64,000 nt of DNA, taken from contig JAQUEL010000004.1 in assembly GCA_028685295.1 (NCBI GenBank), forward strand, positions 24 to 64,023, written 5' to 3'. A model generated the notes under the pieces. It was not told where the DNA came from. It did not search any database and worked only from the letters and a program-made list of their open reading frames with translations. Shown here one piece after another: positions 62,818 to 64,000 of this stretch. Origin of the DNA: a bacterium (GTDB taxonomy: Bacteria; UBP13; UBA5359). The translations under genes were made by a program, and so were the position numbers. The number at the start of each line of letters is the position of its first letter. Within the stretch, counting starts at the first letter, position 1.

Positions 62818-63072
62818 TATACCTGCCTCCGTACTTTTTTATTTATCGTAGCATAGATGCAAGGCTTTTCACGCTCTCTTTTCTTCTGCTGCTAAGGGAC
62901 TGTCTTGCTTCTGCTTAAGCTTATCATATAATAAAATATCACCTTTTGGCTAGTATACGGAATATCCGGAATTGATGGCAATTCCATATACAGGCATAAA
63001 GCATGATCAAAATGTTTTATTTATCTGAAAGTATGGTAAATATTTTTAGACATATCGATCAGGAGCGATATC

Positions 63073-63756
63073 ATGCTGATAAAGGGCATTTTTCTCGTTA
63101 TATGTTTTTGTTTAATCCCACTTTCAACCGCAGCCGCAAAAGCTGAAACATATTCCATTGTCGCTGTACCTGCTATGCAAGCCAAAGCAAAGAAGGCGCC
63201 GCTTTATATAACGGATGCACATAGGTTGGGTGAACTACAATCAGATTATGATTCTATTAGTGTAGAAGCAGTCAGAATTTATCAATATGGAAAATCAAAA
63301 CCTTTTTATAAAGGCATAACGCTTATCTTTACAGATTCAATAGTAACGTTAAATATTGACGAAGCAAAAGCCTTATCCGCAACCATACCAGATCTGATAA
63401 AAATAGGTACTGAATGGGCAGAGATAGAAAAGGAATCCGCAGAGGCAGATATATTCGTGGGAGGCCCTGATTATATATTTAATGTAGGATTTTATCAGCA
63501 AGGTAATAAAAGGATTATTTATATGTCCAGCCTCGAAGCCACAGTAATGCTTAAATCGCTAGATGATGTTTTAAATTTCAAAGATTTAGTTGATCAAGGA
63601 TTAATATGGCTGTCACGCAATAAAAGTGTCAACCTATCGCAAAGCAATAAAAACGATTTGATAACATTAGTTACCAAGAAAGGCTGTCATAATAAAAACG
63701 GGTTCCGGCAAAACACCAGAACCCGCATAAATACTGGAGCCGACGAGCGGGATTGA
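63073..63756 (+). CDS. Hypothetical secreted protein in a low-GC patch. The 3' end overlaps tRNA-Thr on the opposite strand.
   Basis: Signal peptide (LVICFCLIPLSTAAAKA), no known domain, local GC about 38% against about 49% elsewhere. Confidence 0.4.
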   Translation: MLIKGIFLVICFCLIPLSTAAAKAETYSIVAVPAMQAKAKKAPLYITDAHRLGELQSDYDSISVEAVRIYQYGKSKPFYKGITLIFTDSIVTLNIDEAKALSATIPDLIKIGTEWAEIEKESAEADIFVGGPDYIFNVGFYQQGNKRIIYMSSLEATVMLKSLDDVLNFKDLVDQGLIWLSRNKSVNLSQSNKNDLITLVTKKGCHNKNGFRQNTRTRINTGADERD

Positions 63757-63810
63757 ACCGCTGGCCTACGCATTACGAGTGCGTCGCTCTACCAGCTGAG
63801 CTACGTCGGC
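63735..63810 (-). tRNA. tRNA-Thr(CGT)
   Basis: Minus-strand acceptor stem GCCGACG pairs with CGTCGGC. The anticodon loop is cuCGUaa. It has a GGTTCAATCCC T-arm and a terminal TCCA. Confidence 0.8.
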
Positions 63811-63830
63811 GAATCGTCTTAGGCTATCAG

Positions 63831-63860
63831 ATTTTATCATTACAGAGCCATCAGTGTCAA
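63831..63860 (-). promoter_or_regulatory. Promoter for tRNA-Thr(CGT) on the minus strand (TTGACA-18-TAAAAT with a TG extended -10)
   Basis: The reverse complement reads TTGACActgatggctctgtaatgaTAAAAT. It lies between the right arm of the inverted repeat and the tRNA. Confidence 0.45.
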
Positions 63861-63877
63861 TTCCCGGAGTCATATAG

Positions 63878-63980
63878 TGTGGTTAACTTGTGATAATGTC
63901 ACTATGTAATTCACTTGAGATAATGTCCCTTTTTGAAATAAAATGCAAAGCATGAAAGAAGGAAGAATTACATTGACTCG
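63878..63980. repeat. Right arm of the perfect inverted repeat of at least 103 bp (partner at 1..103)
   Basis: Exact reverse complement of 1..103. Confidence 0.9.
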
Positions 63981-64000
63981 AACCCAATTAAAACAACTAA

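Noticed and set aside
63878-63930. Rex operator-like TTGTGATAATGTCAC inside the terminal inverted repeat
   Set aside because: Half-site spacing is one nucleotide short of the Rex consensus and the second half-site is poor.

Overview
This 64-kb chromosomal window has a Firmicutes/Clostridia-type gene order and about 49% GC. It holds the complete translation/transcription supercluster, then a varied accessory region. The core cluster is tRNA-Tyr, tRNA-Thr, tuf, rpmG, tRNA-Trp, secE, nusG, rplK-rplA-rplJ-rplL, rpoB-rpoC, rpsL-rpsG-fusA-tuf, the S10 genes (rpsJ to rpsQ), the spc genes (rplN to rplO, secY, adk, map, infA, rpmJ), the alpha genes (rpsM, rpsK, rpsD, rpoA, rplQ) and truA. The accessory region holds a PhoA-like phosphatase, a rhamnulokinase-like FGGY kinase, a sugar-phosphate isomerase, an orphan groES, a GT39/GT2/GH84 glycosylation-type cluster, rex, an SDR, a class-III aminotransferase, tRNA-Ala, leuS, comEA-comEC-holA, araC-melA, tRNA-Phe with a decayed integrase plus RHH/PIN toxin-antitoxin islet, a promoter-to-terminator candidate small RNA, a PhnP-like MBL hydrolase, a Gfo/Idh/MocA oxidoreductase, a low-GC secreted hypothetical and tRNA-Thr(CGT). 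The most unusual observations are these. (1) A perfect inverted repeat of at least 103 bp lies at the two window ends and brackets the whole cluster. (2) Two near-identical tuf copies both carry a four-cysteine insertion. (3) A divergent EF-G paralog sits inside the spc operon between rplE and rpsN; it overlaps rplE, has no canonical start after its Shine-Dalgarno, and has Tyr in place of the catalytic His of the DxxGH motif. (4) The S10 operon has unusually long internal spacers. (5) A roughly 112-nt GC-rich structured RNA candidate with a consensus promoter and an intrinsic terminator lies in an ORF-free islet next to tRNA-Phe. All coordinates were derived by hand and may be off by 1-2 nt. 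CDS ends follow the supplied ORF track, and many starts were moved to internal start codons with better Shine-Dalgarno spacing.
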